A stretch of 64,000 nt of DNA. It comes from Hydrolagus affinis (taxonomy: Eukaryota). The stretch is from positions 62,001 to 126,000 of the forward strand of contig JAAILG010000038.1 in NCBI GenBank assembly GCA_012026655.1, read 5' to 3'. The stretch's first letter is position 1; each line of letters opens with the position of its first letter. This document shows positions 50,912 to 64,000 of the stretch, piece by piece. A program made the translations under genes and the position numbers. The notes below the pieces were generated by a model, which ran no database searches, had not been told where the DNA came from, and was given only the letters and a program-made list of their open reading frames with translations.

Positions 50912-51179
50912 GGAGTCCTGTAGCTCAGTGGTTAGAGCACTCGCCTTATAAGTGAGAGACCTGGGTTCAATACCAGGCAGGGAGAAATCTTGGGCAAGTT
51001 TTCTTAATCACTCATTTCAATCTACGACTCTTTGTGGGACGCTGGTGAGCAATTGGCTTCGGTGTTTCGCCCACAAATATACAGTCAATTCACTTTACAG
51101 TACATTCTGTGAAGCGCTTTGAGACGTCTAGAAGATGTGAAAAGTGCTGTGTCAAATGCATGGATTATTATTATCATTA
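50912..51179 (+). mobile_element. tRNA-SINE family A with intact head and internal deletion
   Basis: GGAGTCCTGTAGCTCAGTGGTTAGAGCAC (A box), GGTTCAATACC (B box), L2-type tail with (TTA)n. Confidence 0.92.
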
Positions 51180-51456
51180 AATGACTGAGCAAAAACATCT
51201 GTCCCGATGTCACCAGAGCATCTAAAGGAAACTGTTTATTTTATGATCATTCTATGGATATACTTCAGTACTGTAAGGATCCTTGTAGTTTTCTCGGTGA
51301 TCTTAGTAAAACTAAAACTCTAGTTTAATGAACTATTTCACATGAGTACAGGTATTTGTTTTAAAAGTGGTTGTTGAAATGTGTAGTACAAAAAAACTCA
51401 ATATTTCCAAAGAGTGTGATACTCTTATGTGAATTATGGCAGATTAGACTTTTTAT

Positions 51457-51810
51457 TAATAATAATCCTTGCATTTTATATAACTCCTGATCACGTTGTC
51501 GAGGCATCTCCTTTGGTAATTAATGTAAAGCGTTGCGACTATATTTATACACAAATGAGCAGTCAATCTGCACACAGTAATGTCCCACAAACAGCCGTGA
51601 GGTGAACGACCAATTTTATTTAGAAGGTTGTTGGCTAGGACACCGGGAGAAATTCCCCTCGCTGGCAGTGCAAGCGATCTTTAACATCTGCCTGAGCAGG
51701 CAGTCGACCTTAGTTCATCTGTGGGATCCCTGAGACTGCAGCACTGCATTGGGGAGTGTCAGCCCCAGTCTGTAACAAAGTACTGACGTGAGGCTTGAAC
51801 TCACAACCTT
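51457..51810 (-). mobile_element. Deu-domain SINE
   Basis: GGACACCGGGAGAAATTCCCC...GATCTTTAACATC...GGCTTGAACTCACAACCTTC. Confidence 0.7.
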
Positions 51811-54166
51811 CGTAATGATCCACGTGCACAAACCAATACGAGGAGCCAAACAAGGACTGGCCTCACTGTTGCATACCCATCTGTGCTTTCACCAGCAGGG
51901 TTTAATGTGTGACGATTCATAAAAGGATTGCTAAATATAGAATCGTGCATATGCCTGGATGGGTTTCACACCAAATCACCAGAACTCCTCTCAGATGTTC
52001 ACCTCGTATGTGCCATTCAGCCAAAGCAGGCTCCAGGCGTGTGAGATCTGTGACCGAGGAGAATTTCAGTGGGTCAGCACAAATCACATTCGGGTAGCTG
52101 CAAGTTTCCATATCCATAAATTGCTGCGTATTAAACTCCATTGCTGGCAAGTGCAGCCCTTGCCCTTCTATCTATGCTCAAAGCTGCAATGTTATTTGTG
52201 TCCAGTCCTGGGCCAGCGAACCTGCACAGTCACGGTTCGCTGCCCAGAATGGTTCGTGTCTGAAGGAGCCACTTTCATTTACATTTAACAACAACAAAAT
52301 TCCACTTGTATAGCGCCTTTCGCGCCAGGAGAAAGTCCCAAGGCGCTGGACAGTCATTGTTTCAGACCTGAGCTGGGGACAGCATGACGATTGGATACTC
52401 GATTTCCCTGGCAAGTTGCTTTTCTGGCATTTGTTTCATATAAAGCTGCGGAGTCCATTAATTCACTGTCCTGATAGTTTTATTGTTGACTTTAAGTGCT
52501 CTAGGACTCTACACTGGGTGAATGGTGCTGTATATAAAGTAGCACCAGACCTCACCAAGTCTCAATTGACCTACAAACTATTGTCAGTTTTCTTGCGAAT
52601 TCGGTTCGGAGGCCACTGTTATGGTACATTTCAACTTCACCACCACTTCATGCGTAGCTCACACGACTGAACGACAAATGTCGATGCAATATGTACCAGC
52701 CTGGGCCTGGGGAAAACTAAAACCACATACAGTTGCACGTCCAAAATGCAACAGAACACCACATTTGCCCCTGCAGTGTTGTCTCAATATCTTGATAAAG
52801 AGATCATTAGATTTCAAACAAATTTCTTAAGCAATGTTTTCCATTAGACACGGTGCTCCTTTTGAAACCAGGTACATGCTGGGAACTATACGTGTATGTG
52901 CATCCGTAAACAGATTTAACAGTTCAATAAATTAACACACTATTAGATTTTAAACAAGCCTCATCAGTTACTTAGTCTCATAAGGACACTGGGTTCCTTT
53001 TACAAATAACCATGCTGAGTAGGCCAACCATACGTCAACTTGTGTGTAAATAAGTGTGTATACCCGTAGACTCCCAGCTCAATCCCACAAAGATGCTGTA
53101 TCAGATTTTCACCAAATGGTGTAAGTTGCCCCCTCTTGTTACACAGTGTATGAGTTATTTTTGAAATCAAGCTTATGGGAACTGCTGATCATTCCCTGGT
53201 GACTGAATCAATTGCTTCGGTACAATTATGTTACATTCGGAAAAAATACATTGTAATAAATACTTATCTACGGTCTACTGTGCAATACAAAATTACATTT
53301 GTATATAGCACCTTTCACGTCGGGAGGACTTCCTGCTGATGGTGTTGGCAATTTTTTCATTTACGGAAGATGCCGTTAACAATGAGTGACAGCGGGTTAT
53401 TTAACCAAAGGGAGTGGTGCCATCAGAGCCAAGCCCCCAAAGCGCTCTCCCACAAAGGTCACACACTGGCCCCTGCAGCCACTGGAGTCAGCACTCTCAC
53501 CTCAGAGTCGGGAGGTTATGGATTCAAGCTCCACGTCAGGACTTGAAACCCATATAGTGCTTGGAGTGTGTTGTGCAGCTTTGTTAGAGGTTAGACCGTA
53601 GCAATTTAAAATGCAAGGATTATTATTATATCATTATTATTATTAATGCGTTCCAGTAAGAGGTCGCTGGACAGTGAGCAAATATGGTTGCTGATTCTGC
53701 CCTCCATAACATGGGAAGGAAAGCTCAGGGCTACTGGAGGATTCCGACTGCTGCTGCTACTGCTACTGGATAAGATCGTCTAACTCAGCACCAACTGAGG
53801 ATCCTTCTTTCGTTTGTAACAAGAACATGTTATTCCAATTGTGCAAAAGGTCAGCCTGTAAATAGCTGATTGTGTGACTGAAATGACAAACACACATTAT
53901 CCATTATTAAAAGAAAAGCAGCCATGCTTCACTGAATGATTACATTTAAACGACTCCTTTTACTTCACCATTCACTTCCCGGATAAATCCATCAGAATAA
54001 CTGTTGATTTGAACCTCGAGTCTATTCAAAGCTTCCATTTACTGTAGATCATTAAATACCGATGCGCCTTCGTGTTCACCTATTTGTTCCATCTATAGCC
54101 AAAATGTACCTGTTCATCACAAACCGTGTTCATCTGCACTCTACACAGCAGAAAGTTAAAAAAAAG

Positions 54167-54570
54167 TTTGGGTCAGCTAGGTATCTGACACGTGTGGAAA
54201 CCCATCATCATGCTTAAGAGTGTCCAAACTCAACCGAGAATTCCATGTACCCACCCACATATTGAAATTCCAGAGATAGATTGTTGGAATGGAATACGCA
54301 CTCTCTCCCTGGAGGAATAAATCCTGTTTACCTAATTCTGGAAACTATTAGGTGCAGGTTGGCAAGAGCCAAGGCTTGGGGATCCGTTGGGGTAGTGCTG
54401 GCGTCTAACCAGCTAAAACCACATAGCCAACCATTGATAGTTTTGTCTGGCAAGCTTTCCTGCTGCTTGTCCTGCTAGGACCACCCTACCTGTTAGGGCT
54501 TCGGCTTATAGAGTTAATGGTAGCAGTGTGGCAGGATTCCCTAGCCCTGGTGACTGATCTGTCCTTCCAA
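54167..54570 (+). repeat. Unclassified repeat family D, copy 3
   Basis: Same motifs as copies 1 and 2; similarity to copy 4 extends further 3'. Confidence 0.85.
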
Positions 54571-54915
54571 GTCCTAATGAGCCAGGTTATACTGAGATTA
54601 AAGTTATTCCCCCCTGTCATTAATGGGGCAAGTTGGCTCAAGATCCAGCTTTTGCAAGACTCTGCTATCACTGGATCACAAGGAATAATGGAAAGAAACG
54701 CACTTGTTCCTCAGTTTACCAGTCGGTAGAGACTGCGAAGCAACAGGTAAATAGCACTTCAGTCCCAGGCAAGCACCATGAGAAGAAAGAAAAGCAGATA
54801 TGTAGATGAAGTGTATTGTCAGACTGGTGAAAGGTCCCATACAAATGGATTCTTCTACAAAATCAAGTTCTTAGATGACACCACTTTAAAAAAAACACAG
54901 CTTGCATTAAAATGT

Positions 54916-55144
54916 GCAATATTGGGAGTTAAAATGTAGGTTGGGCTAATTGCCTACAGGCTAACTATGCCCAAACACATACAAGAGCTTTTAATTATGC
55001 AATTAAGAACCCATAGAAAAGATTACAGGTGATTCTATAAACGTTCCATTACTTGTCTACACAATTACCTACACTTGTCTGCATCTAAACACGCACAACC
55101 CATGGGCTATTAGCCCAACCCGCATTTTAGAGTCCAGTAATTGC
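54916..55144. repeat. Palindromic fold-back element of about 230 bp, MITE-like
   Basis: TAAAATGTAGGTTGGGCTAATTGCC versus GGCTATTAGCCCAACCCGCATTTTA; weaker symmetry continues to a centre near 55025. Confidence 0.78.
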
Positions 55145-56446
55145 TATGATATTTCATAAAGTCAAGGGCAGTAGAAAAAGGTGGTTAAGAGTTACTGAAA
55201 AACGATCTGCTAAAATGCTGCTCAGATTGTATTAATACTGCATGGAACAGAATACACAAAGTATGCGGAGAATGTCTACAAGTTAACTTGTGAAATTTTA
55301 AAAATACCAAACTAATGAGAAGATTACAGCGGGATTCTTTGCTACTTTTTATATAAAAAAAACACACATTTAGCATTCCAGGAAAGCACGTATAAATAAC
55401 TGAATACTGACCCACGCGCAAGGTTTTTGAGTGTACAAAGCTTAAAATTTAATAGCCACTTCTTTCAGAGAAATCCAAAATGTAAAGTTAATTAATAAGC
55501 TTGCTACTGGTTTCCATAGATTCCTTTCAAATGGGAGCGACGCAAAAGACAAACAGCAACTTATGCAAAGTCTCATTAAGCAGCCCCTTCGGCGGTCACA
55601 AGGATTGAAAGGGGAGATTAAAAGCATATGCTGTGTCTGCCATTTATGGTATCTCTCTGACAAGTGCCAATTTTTATCATAAACTTTCATTTCTCTAATC
55701 TGTAATAACTCTATTAGTTCAATTAGAAGAAAGGATAACATGACATTCTAGACCCTTATGGAATAAGTGAGCGATATACACGTAACCCACAGGAAATTTA
55801 CATTTTGTACAAATTCATGCTTTGTCTTTTACTCATTATAGTATACATGTTAACTGGAAGTACTCTCATACATCATTGCCCAACAAGCTGCCTGTGGATT
55901 GGTTGTATCACCCCAATTGTCTCTCCACAGAAAAATCCACAAAATTGTGATCCATTTTCTAGCATTAAAACCTATTGCTGTTAACTGCAGCTTTCATCAC
56001 TAGATCCGGTAAAATAAGATGGGAGTTTTGAACACTTTATATTGAAAGATCCGCAAGCATTATATTGAACAATTGGCTAACAGTCGCCAGTGTGTTATAT
56101 CATTTGCCTGTTCACAGTTGGAGATGTGCTTGTTTAACTCTGAGCTAAGCACCTCATTTCAATTGGTATAAAAGGTCACCTCTTGTACTGGTTTATTGGT
56201 GGTTGCAAAGATAACTTGTATGATTCAATGCATTTTTGAGTCCCTTTAATCTCTGATGCTGTTACATTCAATGTCCCAAATCATTTCTAGCCGCTGATGA
56301 ATAAGATGTGGAGAAAATTGTTTGCAGAACATAACAGTTCTCGAAGGAAGGTCAGCAACTGCCCAAAAATGAATAGATAACATGCAGCAATGGACAGTCT
56401 ACCAATGTCACCTACAGGTGAAGTATTAACTGCAAGAAAAGCAGAG

Positions 56447-56820
56447 AACAACAACCACAACATGGATTTATATAGCGCCCTCCACGCTCGGTGGCGTCTC
56501 AGAGTGCTTCCCAATAACAGATCCCGGGGTAGCCAGGAGGAGGGGGAAAAAAGTGATCGAAAGCATGGTCGAAAAGAAAGTTCTTTAGCCGAGACCTGAA
56601 AGTAGGAAGAGAGGGGATGAGGCGAAGAGAGTGAGGAAGGGAGTTTCAAAACCTCGGGGTGTAGTGGATGAAGGCACGGCTGCCGATGATGGAGCGGAGG
56701 ATTCGGGGGACAAGGAGGAGGCTAGACCTGGTAGAGCGAAGACAATGGGTACTTTTGTGAGGCGAAAGGAGGTCAGAGAGGTAGGGGGTGCAGAGGAGTG
56801 GGGGGATTTGAAATCGAGAA
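56447..56820 (-). mobile_element. L2 LINE 3' end (second subfamily)
   Basis: Homologous to 29293-29642; tail CTCTGAGACGCCACCGAGCGTGGAGGGCGCTATATAAA on minus. Confidence 0.88.
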
Positions 56821-59294
56821 AGATAGGCAGTAATTGTGAAGGAGGCTTTGGTAAAGGTCAGAACTGCCCTGCTATGGACATTATGGTAATTGATGGCTTG
56901 AAGGTGAGTTTAAAGTTATAATAAGCACTTCAGCATTGTGAATGATCCTACCCACTGCCAAAATGCTGCTGCTCCTAATACCATCAAGGTGAGAATTTAG
57001 GTGCACTCATTATGAAGATGGTTGTTCCTACTTCTTACCTTTCAAGTAGTGCTGGGTCCTAAAGTTGTCTCACTTAATTCTTCGGTGGGCTTTGGTTCAA
57101 GAAATACCATTTCACAAAAGGTAAGAGGGATTTACCTGCAGCTGAACTGGCTCCAAAGAGGCACAACTGACAGATCCTCAGTCATCTTAGAGGTACTCAA
57201 CCCTACAAACCAAAACAAGTAGCATGGTCCCAACTGGCTGTTTGGTTATCAAAAGACTGATTGAACTACACAGGTGTTCACAATGTAAAGCCTACTGCAT
57301 GGTGGCCTAGATCTCATCAACTACATCTCCCAAATTCTCAATAGTAATCACATTTAAACTCCATCCATCCCCAATATAGCCTGCCTCCCCCCACACATAA
57401 CATTTCCTATTTGCTCTTGCCCTAGCTGCAGACAATATAATTTTTCTTCACAAGATAAAAATTCACCCTTCCAGGACAGATTTTATCAGGTGTGATTGAT
57501 TGTCTGCCTAGTTAGGAAATCATTACATTTCCAATATATATACTGTATATCCTTCTCATTTCACCAACAAAATATATACTGAACCAACTTTCCAATATAT
57601 CCTGTGAAGCGCTTTAAGACATTTCAACGACGTGTTAAGGTCCTGTGTCAAATGCAAAGGTTATTATTATTAATACATTGTTTTTTTTTACAAAGTAGTG
57701 GGACATGTGGAACTGAATAGATTAGACCACCCAGTTTCCAAGGTACTATTACAATAAACAGATCATTTCAGCTTTATTTTATAACACTCAGTGAACTCTG
57801 ACTGAAACCTCCCACCATCTCTCCACCCAACCCCCAACAAAGAGTGAGGAGACTGAGAAATCAATAAAATTCAGCAAAAGGTACAAAGATTGTTTACTCA
57901 AGTAGATCGTAATTCCATATTTGTAATTCAACACACAAGTTGCCACGACAGTGGTTTCTTTGCTCAAAAACAGATTGCATTTTATGTACTTTGCTGACAG
58001 GACTGTCTGAACTATATCTAGCGTAAAACTTAAAGCAAACTGCCAATAATTATGAAACAACACCAAATCAATAGAGATATCCAATCTGACAACTGCATCA
58101 TACTAAAGCTTGAAAACTGCTGCTTTCTGTTGTAAGGGAATGAGTCAACGTTCAAAGGCAAATAAAATGATACTCTGCAATTCTCCATGAAGGACACACT
58201 CGGCACAAGCCAATCTAACGAGAAATATATATATATAATATATACATATATAGTGCAAATTGATAGGAATGTTTGTTTCAAGATCAAAAGCATAATGATT
58301 TTTTCACTGGCATTCTTCACAGAGATATGTCCCCTGTTATCTACTGTTACAGATGTCTTGTCAAAAAGCCCTAAAGGACCATAGTAATTATCTTGTGTAT
58401 TTATAGAAATTACATTTGGTATTGATATTTTGTCTCCAGATTCAGATTTTTTTGTATATTAATTATTTACATGGCAAATTGGAACAAGCAAAGGTGTTCA
58501 TATACTCAGTATAGGGAGGAGCGTTTGAGATTTTTAAGCTTTTAGTCTCAAAGGACGTAAAATCTGGCTGTTGGCAAATCCAAATCCCCCCTCTCCCGCC
58601 AAAAGAAATCTGGCTCAATACACTCTATGCAAACAGTGGAAAATCTGCACATAAGACCCACCGGGGCTTTGGAGTAATGCATCTCTCTTTTAATTTACCC
58701 ACAATCACCATTCAGGTTCATCTGAGAAACTCGCACTGAGTTTCAATCTGGTCAAGTGGAGGCTTCCATCACTTGAGAACTGAAGATATTGCTTTTCAGA
58801 AAATAAGTAAATCTTAAGCGCTCCCTGCTCTTCCTCTCTCATTGCAAGCTTCCCTTGATACAATGCCATTTACATTCAACACATCTCAAAGCAAGCAGTG
58901 GACATCGAACAGGGAGTGGGAGAAATTTGGAGTTGACTGAAGGGATTGTCAAGGAGAGATTTTTTGTGGGAGATGTTTGAAAGCAAGGTAAGAGGCATCT
59001 GGTTTTGTTCTACTAAGAGACAGGAAGTCAGTGGAGCTGGGGTGAGAGTTAAGAATTTTTGTGTGGGACAGAACCTGGACTGCATCATTCTGGTTGAGGT
59101 GAAATTCATCCCTTTCTTTGCTTCCTATGAAGCTCAGCTCAAGACCCTCCGCTTCGACCGCATATCTCTAATCTCCCTGCCTTCCCTGCCCTCCATCCTT
59201 TCCTGACCCCAATCCCCAGCTCAGGTGCAAATCGACTGCTTAGTTCTCTCGGCCCGATGTGGAAGGAGAGATACAAATATACAGTACTTTGTAT

Positions 59295-59565
59295 TGTTCT
59301 GTTGAGTTAACTGATCACAGCCATGTATTCACAGTCATTGGCCTCAGCGCTCCTGGGTTTGGGAGGGAAGGAGAAAAGGCAGCCAATTCTCAGCCAAGTG
59401 GTTGCTTCTGATCACTTCCCTTTCCTGGAAGAAACACTTGTGTGGATGTTGGACTTTGCTCTCCAAAAATAAATAGCCTGCAGGCAGTAACCTGATTTTA
59501 TACACACACACACACACACACAGTGGTTAATTAGGAGAGGTACCAGTGGAAGATACCAGTGGACA
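59295..59565 (+). mobile_element. Old SINE-like family C copy containing a (CA)n tract at 59502-59522
   Basis: GTTGAGTTAACTGATC...GGCCTCAGCGCTCCTGGGTTTGGGAG...GAGGTACCAG. Confidence 0.55.
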
Positions 59566-59789
59566 AAATAAAAGGACATTTGATAATGGTGCTCTGATGA
59601 GACATTTGTTCGAAAAAGATGTTTGCTTGTTTATCAGCCTATAATTTCATTATAAATGAAACAAGAGGGGTTTAAGTCTGTCATATTCAACACCTTTGGG
59701 AGACCAGGAAGGATTTTGCTCCCCAGAACATGTTTACAATTTTATCTAGCTTTTGTGTGTCTTAAAGTTCAGGAAGGAAACAATTGATT

Positions 59790-59904
59790 ATGTTGCCCAC
59801 AACACATACAGTCAGTTTACTTTACAGTATATTCTGTGAAGCGCTTAGAGATGTCTCAATGACATGATAAGGAGCTATACCAAATGCAATGATTAGTATT
59901 ATTA
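59790..59904 (+). mobile_element. tRNA-SINE family A, 3' part
   Basis: Family A tail. Further such fragments lie at about 12395, 15708, 21900, 27335, 31655, 35395, 42495, 50213, 57570 and 60490. Confidence 0.75.
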
Positions 59905-61064
59905 AAGGTCACTCTGATTCCCTTGAAGTCAACCTGGATTGAATAGACCATTCAATATAGGGCTGGTAATGCCGTAAGTTAATATTATCCCTTATCCTGA
60001 GTGTTCTGAAACAGTCACTGTAAATTGCGCTGACAGATGGTACAGATTGGCACTTTCTGGAATTAATGTGAAGATAAATGAAAAGAATAATTTTTGGGGC
60101 AGGCCAGATGCCAATCCATAAAACTGTTGATTCCTTGGTTCTCGTAGCTCTTGCTGAAGCCTCTCTTAGAGTTGTAGCTTTGGAAAATGGGTAAAAATTT
60201 GACAAATAATGACAGATCTCAGGCATCTATTTCTAGCATCCATTATGATAATTAATTTCTCTCCATTTCTTTCACTATGAGGCACTTCAGTTTATATCAC
60301 ACGTGCTCTTCTGATATAGGAAATACCATCCAACAAATGAACATCAAGTGATTTTAGCATCGACATTGGACGTGACAAATATGCAGTGATTGAAACGCCA
60401 GCTGCACATAACTCAGTACACAATCTCTGATCTGTGGCTAAATTATTTAGTTTTTAATTTAAATCATTCTGCCCCCAAATTCCACCATCTATCCAATTTA
60501 CAGTATATTCTGTGAAGGGTTTTGAGACACCTCAACAATGCGATCTGATGCTAAATCAAATGCAAGGATTATTCTTGTTATTATTGTTAGATGTTAACAT
60601 TCCTTTTCATGGAAGTCAACAGAAACAATGCAGTGGTTCAAAAGGATAGTTTTCTCTGAAACCTCTGTTTTCCTGTTGGAGTCTGTTGTTTGTAGAAAGA
60701 CCACAAACCTGTGTTTGAAGGAAAGTGTTAGCTACAACATATTGTTGGAGGAGGTGGGGGTGGAATCAGACACTGAACTCTGCTGCCTCAGCTACAATGT
60801 GCTGCATTAGGAAAATTGAACGTTGAAGCTTAGAATGTGGAATGCATTTCAGTCACTGCAGTGGTCACACTGCTACTTTGCCCAGACACGTCTTGAGTAT
60901 TTAAACACAATGGTCCTTTTGTTTATTTACACTGTACAATGTCTCAATCCTAGTATCCATAGTACCGCTCAAATTACTGTTTCTGTGTATTCAGCTAGCA
61001 CCTAAACTGGCATTTGTTCTTTTTTTAAACCAACAGATTAGCTTTTATGATGAAATATTAACCT

Positions 61065-61372
61065 GTCCACTCCCTCCGCTCAGCAGGCTCCATCCCCTGC
61101 CCGGCCCGCTCCACCAACGGCATCAGGGCTTCAGCCTTTCTGCCCCAACTCTTACGAACTCCATCCCATATTCCCTATGCCTCGCTCCCTCCCCTGCCTC
61201 CATCAAGACACGTCTCAAAAAAACCCTCTTCGACTGAACCCTCGGCCACACTACAACCCTCCCTGCCTTCCAGGATACTGAGCCCCCTGCCCCCACTCGG
61301 GTCCAAATCCCTGACTGTCCAGTATCTTGGGAGGTCCTCCCAACGTGAAAGGCCCTGTGCAAATATAATTTC
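61065..61372 (+). mobile_element. L2 LINE 3' end
   Basis: CTCCGCTCAGCAGG...GCCTTTCTGCCCCAACTC...AAAACCCTCTTCGAC and stem-loop tail; homologous to 10600-10810(-). Confidence 0.8.
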
Positions 61373-63634
61373 AGTAAGTGTTTGTTACATTGTTGTTTCC
61401 ATAGTTCAGCTTTCATAAAATAACACAGAGTCTTCTCACCTTCTCACAGACTGAGACTCACCTGCTACATGAAGATCATGTTAAAAAAACATAATACAAT
61501 TCTAAGGATCAAACAAATTCCCTCCCCGTCCACGCACTCACTATGTATGTATCTCCCCCGACTCCAGTATCACAATCCTCACTGCATAACTTCACATATT
61601 GATAAGTAACTATTAGTGTTTCTCTGGCTACATATACTATTACTCGGGTGTTATTTTAACCTTTACTTTTTCATTACTATTGCTCGTGTGTGCGGGAGAG
61701 CAGTGTTGAATTTGCAATAATCAGTTCAGCCTGTCGGACCTTAGTGTTTACACTGAGAAGATAGCTGTGGAGCTCGGGAAAACAAACATCTTTTTTTATC
61801 TTTGCGGAAAATGAACTATTGACAACACCGATATCCATCACAGTGATGCAGAATAGTGAATATTAGCAACAGATTTGTGTTTACAGTAATGCTAATCCTA
61901 ACCACCTGCTCAAATATTATCAGCAACAATTTTATCATATTTATAATGCATCAGCACTCACAATCCAGAATCCTTGTCTTTCATATGCACAGCTGCTTGA
62001 CTGAGTGCTTTTGGAGTCTGTATATAAAGGACAAGGCTGCTTCTGTTTATCTTGTAGCACTTTATGTTGACTAATAGTTAAATCACACTGATGCTTTGAA
62101 ATTCTGGTAACTGCAACCTTTCATATTCATGGAGAAAGAACCAGCAAATTACTGTTCTTTTAAGTTCTTTACTCTTTTTCGAGCGTGAAAAATGAGAAAT
62201 GCTCACTAGCTGATACAATTTAAAAGATTTTAAATGCAAAATGTCTAGTAAGTACTGGGAGATCAACTTAATGAAGGACAATCCATTTTAGTTTTATCAA
62301 TAAGCATGGTAAAAGAACACAGACATTTAATACAGAGTGTTTTATTGGTAGTGGTCAACAATACAGAGCAAAGCCATTTCTCCTCAAATGTGGGCTAGTG
62401 AATGTGGGCTAGTGAAATGTTGTTTTCCTTTCACCTTGACATCTCTTTAGATCTTGGAGGCATCTTCTTTGCAGTTGTCTTTCAGTTTAGGACAAGATTT
62501 GAGTTTGCATCAAACTAAGCCATCAAACTAAGCCATCAATCTCATCACTCATAATTGACCAATGACTGAAAGCCACCAAGGAACTCTCAACAGATCAAAG
62601 TGTAAAATAATCTGACCAATGAAGCAGGCAGTGATGTTTGATGAATGAAACTATATGCAAGATTGTTACATTTTTTGGAGCAACAGAGAAGAGTTTAAGG
62701 TAAAGTTTAGATGGTTCCTCTTCAGAGGAAACTATTTGTGATGGGAGTGCTACAGGAAAGCTTTAGTCTGCATTATTCCGCAAGTACTGTTGTTTTCTCA
62801 CCACTCGACAGAACTCGCCTGTGCAGTGAGTGTTTTTTTAAGAATTTTTTTTTGATGATCTGCTTTTAAAAAAAAGTCATGCCTTTCAAGAAATGTCAAA
62901 GTATCAGAATTTGAAGGATCTTTAGTGTGATCGTTATCATCATATTATTACTGCAGTTAATATGTGCATGCTTATTACAAGTAATGTGATTAATTTAATA
63001 TCTAGAACTACACAAAAGAACGTTAGATTGGACACAGTGGGTATATTATCATCCGAATGTAGTGATCATGACTATTTAACTATTTTAACACTAAGTATTG
63101 CAATAGTTCCACTCACTAATAAAACAGCACAAACTATTTTGGTGAAAATAATGTATGATTTGCCATTGTAAGTGATAACCACACCAACTCAGCCACTCCT
63201 TTCGCTCAGCAATCACCGACCTGTATCATGTCCTCACACTATCTACCCACCATTAGTAGCCAAGGTTTCACCAAAACGTTTGCTCCCACTCTTGTTCAAA
63301 ACACAACTTGGATTGTACCTCCTTGACCATCCTTTCAGTTGTCAAGTTTCCCCTCACAACCTACCCTCCACTCCCACCACAATCTTGGGTGCCCAGCCAG
63401 CATTTTTAAGTGCTTTGAGACATGTTCCTGATATGAAGAGTTCTATGTAAATGTAGTTGCAAAATATGATCAGTAATGTTTTCCTTTGGCGAATGGCTGG
63501 AGGAAGCCCAGTGTCTAAGGTAAATAGAGATACACTTTGATTGTACTGTATATGTGAACCCAATTGTCAAAAGGTACAAAGCATCTATTATTCCCAGATA
63601 ATCTCCTCCCATCCCATCATCTGGTTGTCATCAG

Positions 63635-63995
63635 CACATGGGGAAGCACAGCAGTCAATGGGGACAAGGATATTTCCCACTCAGTTCTGGTTGTGACTGC
63701 CAGGCAAAACCCGAATGCTCTGTGTGGTTCTAGCCGGTTGAGCAAACAGGAGGTTTATCAGACAATGTTCGCAATGGCAAAATAAGTGGTTTTAGCTATT
63801 TAAACTCCCCATCACACACACAAGGGTATCCCAGCCTTGGCTCTTGCCATCTGCACTTGGTGAACGGGATACTGGTATATCCTTCAGGGAAGATGGTGCT
63901 CACACTGTTTACAGACAAATGAGGAAGTCCTGGTTTAGATAATTTCAAGTTTGGTGATGGGTTTCTGTGGGGTTCAAACACCAAACAGCTGATAA
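63635..63995 (-). repeat. Unclassified repeat family D, copy 4 (more diverged)
   Basis: Minus strand reads GAAACCCATCACC...TCCCTG...GGCAAGAGCCAAGGCTGGGA...AGCTAAAACCAC...GCCATTG. Confidence 0.7.
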
Positions 63996-64000
63996 AATAA

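Noticed and set aside
50912-50985. tRNA gene (also 47040-47122 minus)
   Set aside because: It has A and B boxes but no 3' acceptor strand and continues into the SINE body.
59594-59625. Hammerhead ribozyme core CTGATGA...CGAAA
   Set aside because: Stem II is poor, there is no valid NUH site after stem III, and stem I is absent.
1-64000. CRISPR array or prokaryotic-type system
   Set aside because: No regularly spaced repeat-spacer array and no gene-dense coding; the recurrent short motifs are dispersed retroposon tails.

Overview
This is non-coding vertebrate genomic DNA, intronic or intergenic, AT-rich and CpG-depleted, with one 100-N assembly gap at 10854-10953. The repeat content points to a cartilaginous fish, probably a holocephalan such as the elephant shark (inference). 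That content includes tRNA-derived SINEs with L2-type tails, Deu-domain SINEs, 5'-truncated L2 and CR1 LINE 3' ends, and old palindromic MITE-like relics. I recognise no intact host protein-coding exon, rRNA, functional tRNA or CRISPR array. The only clear protein homology is the L2 ORF2 C-terminus; the other listed ORFs look like chance or repeat-derived frames. I cannot support a new biological system. The best leads are: a CpG-rich tandem E-box/CRE cluster at 43.6 kb; several long fold-back elements; a four-copy unclassified repeat; co-varying L2/SINE 3' stem-loops; a tRNA-head/CR1-tail mini-SINE; and possible DIRS-like and L1-like relics. All family calls were made by eye without database searches, and repeat boundaries are approximate (about 10-30 bp).
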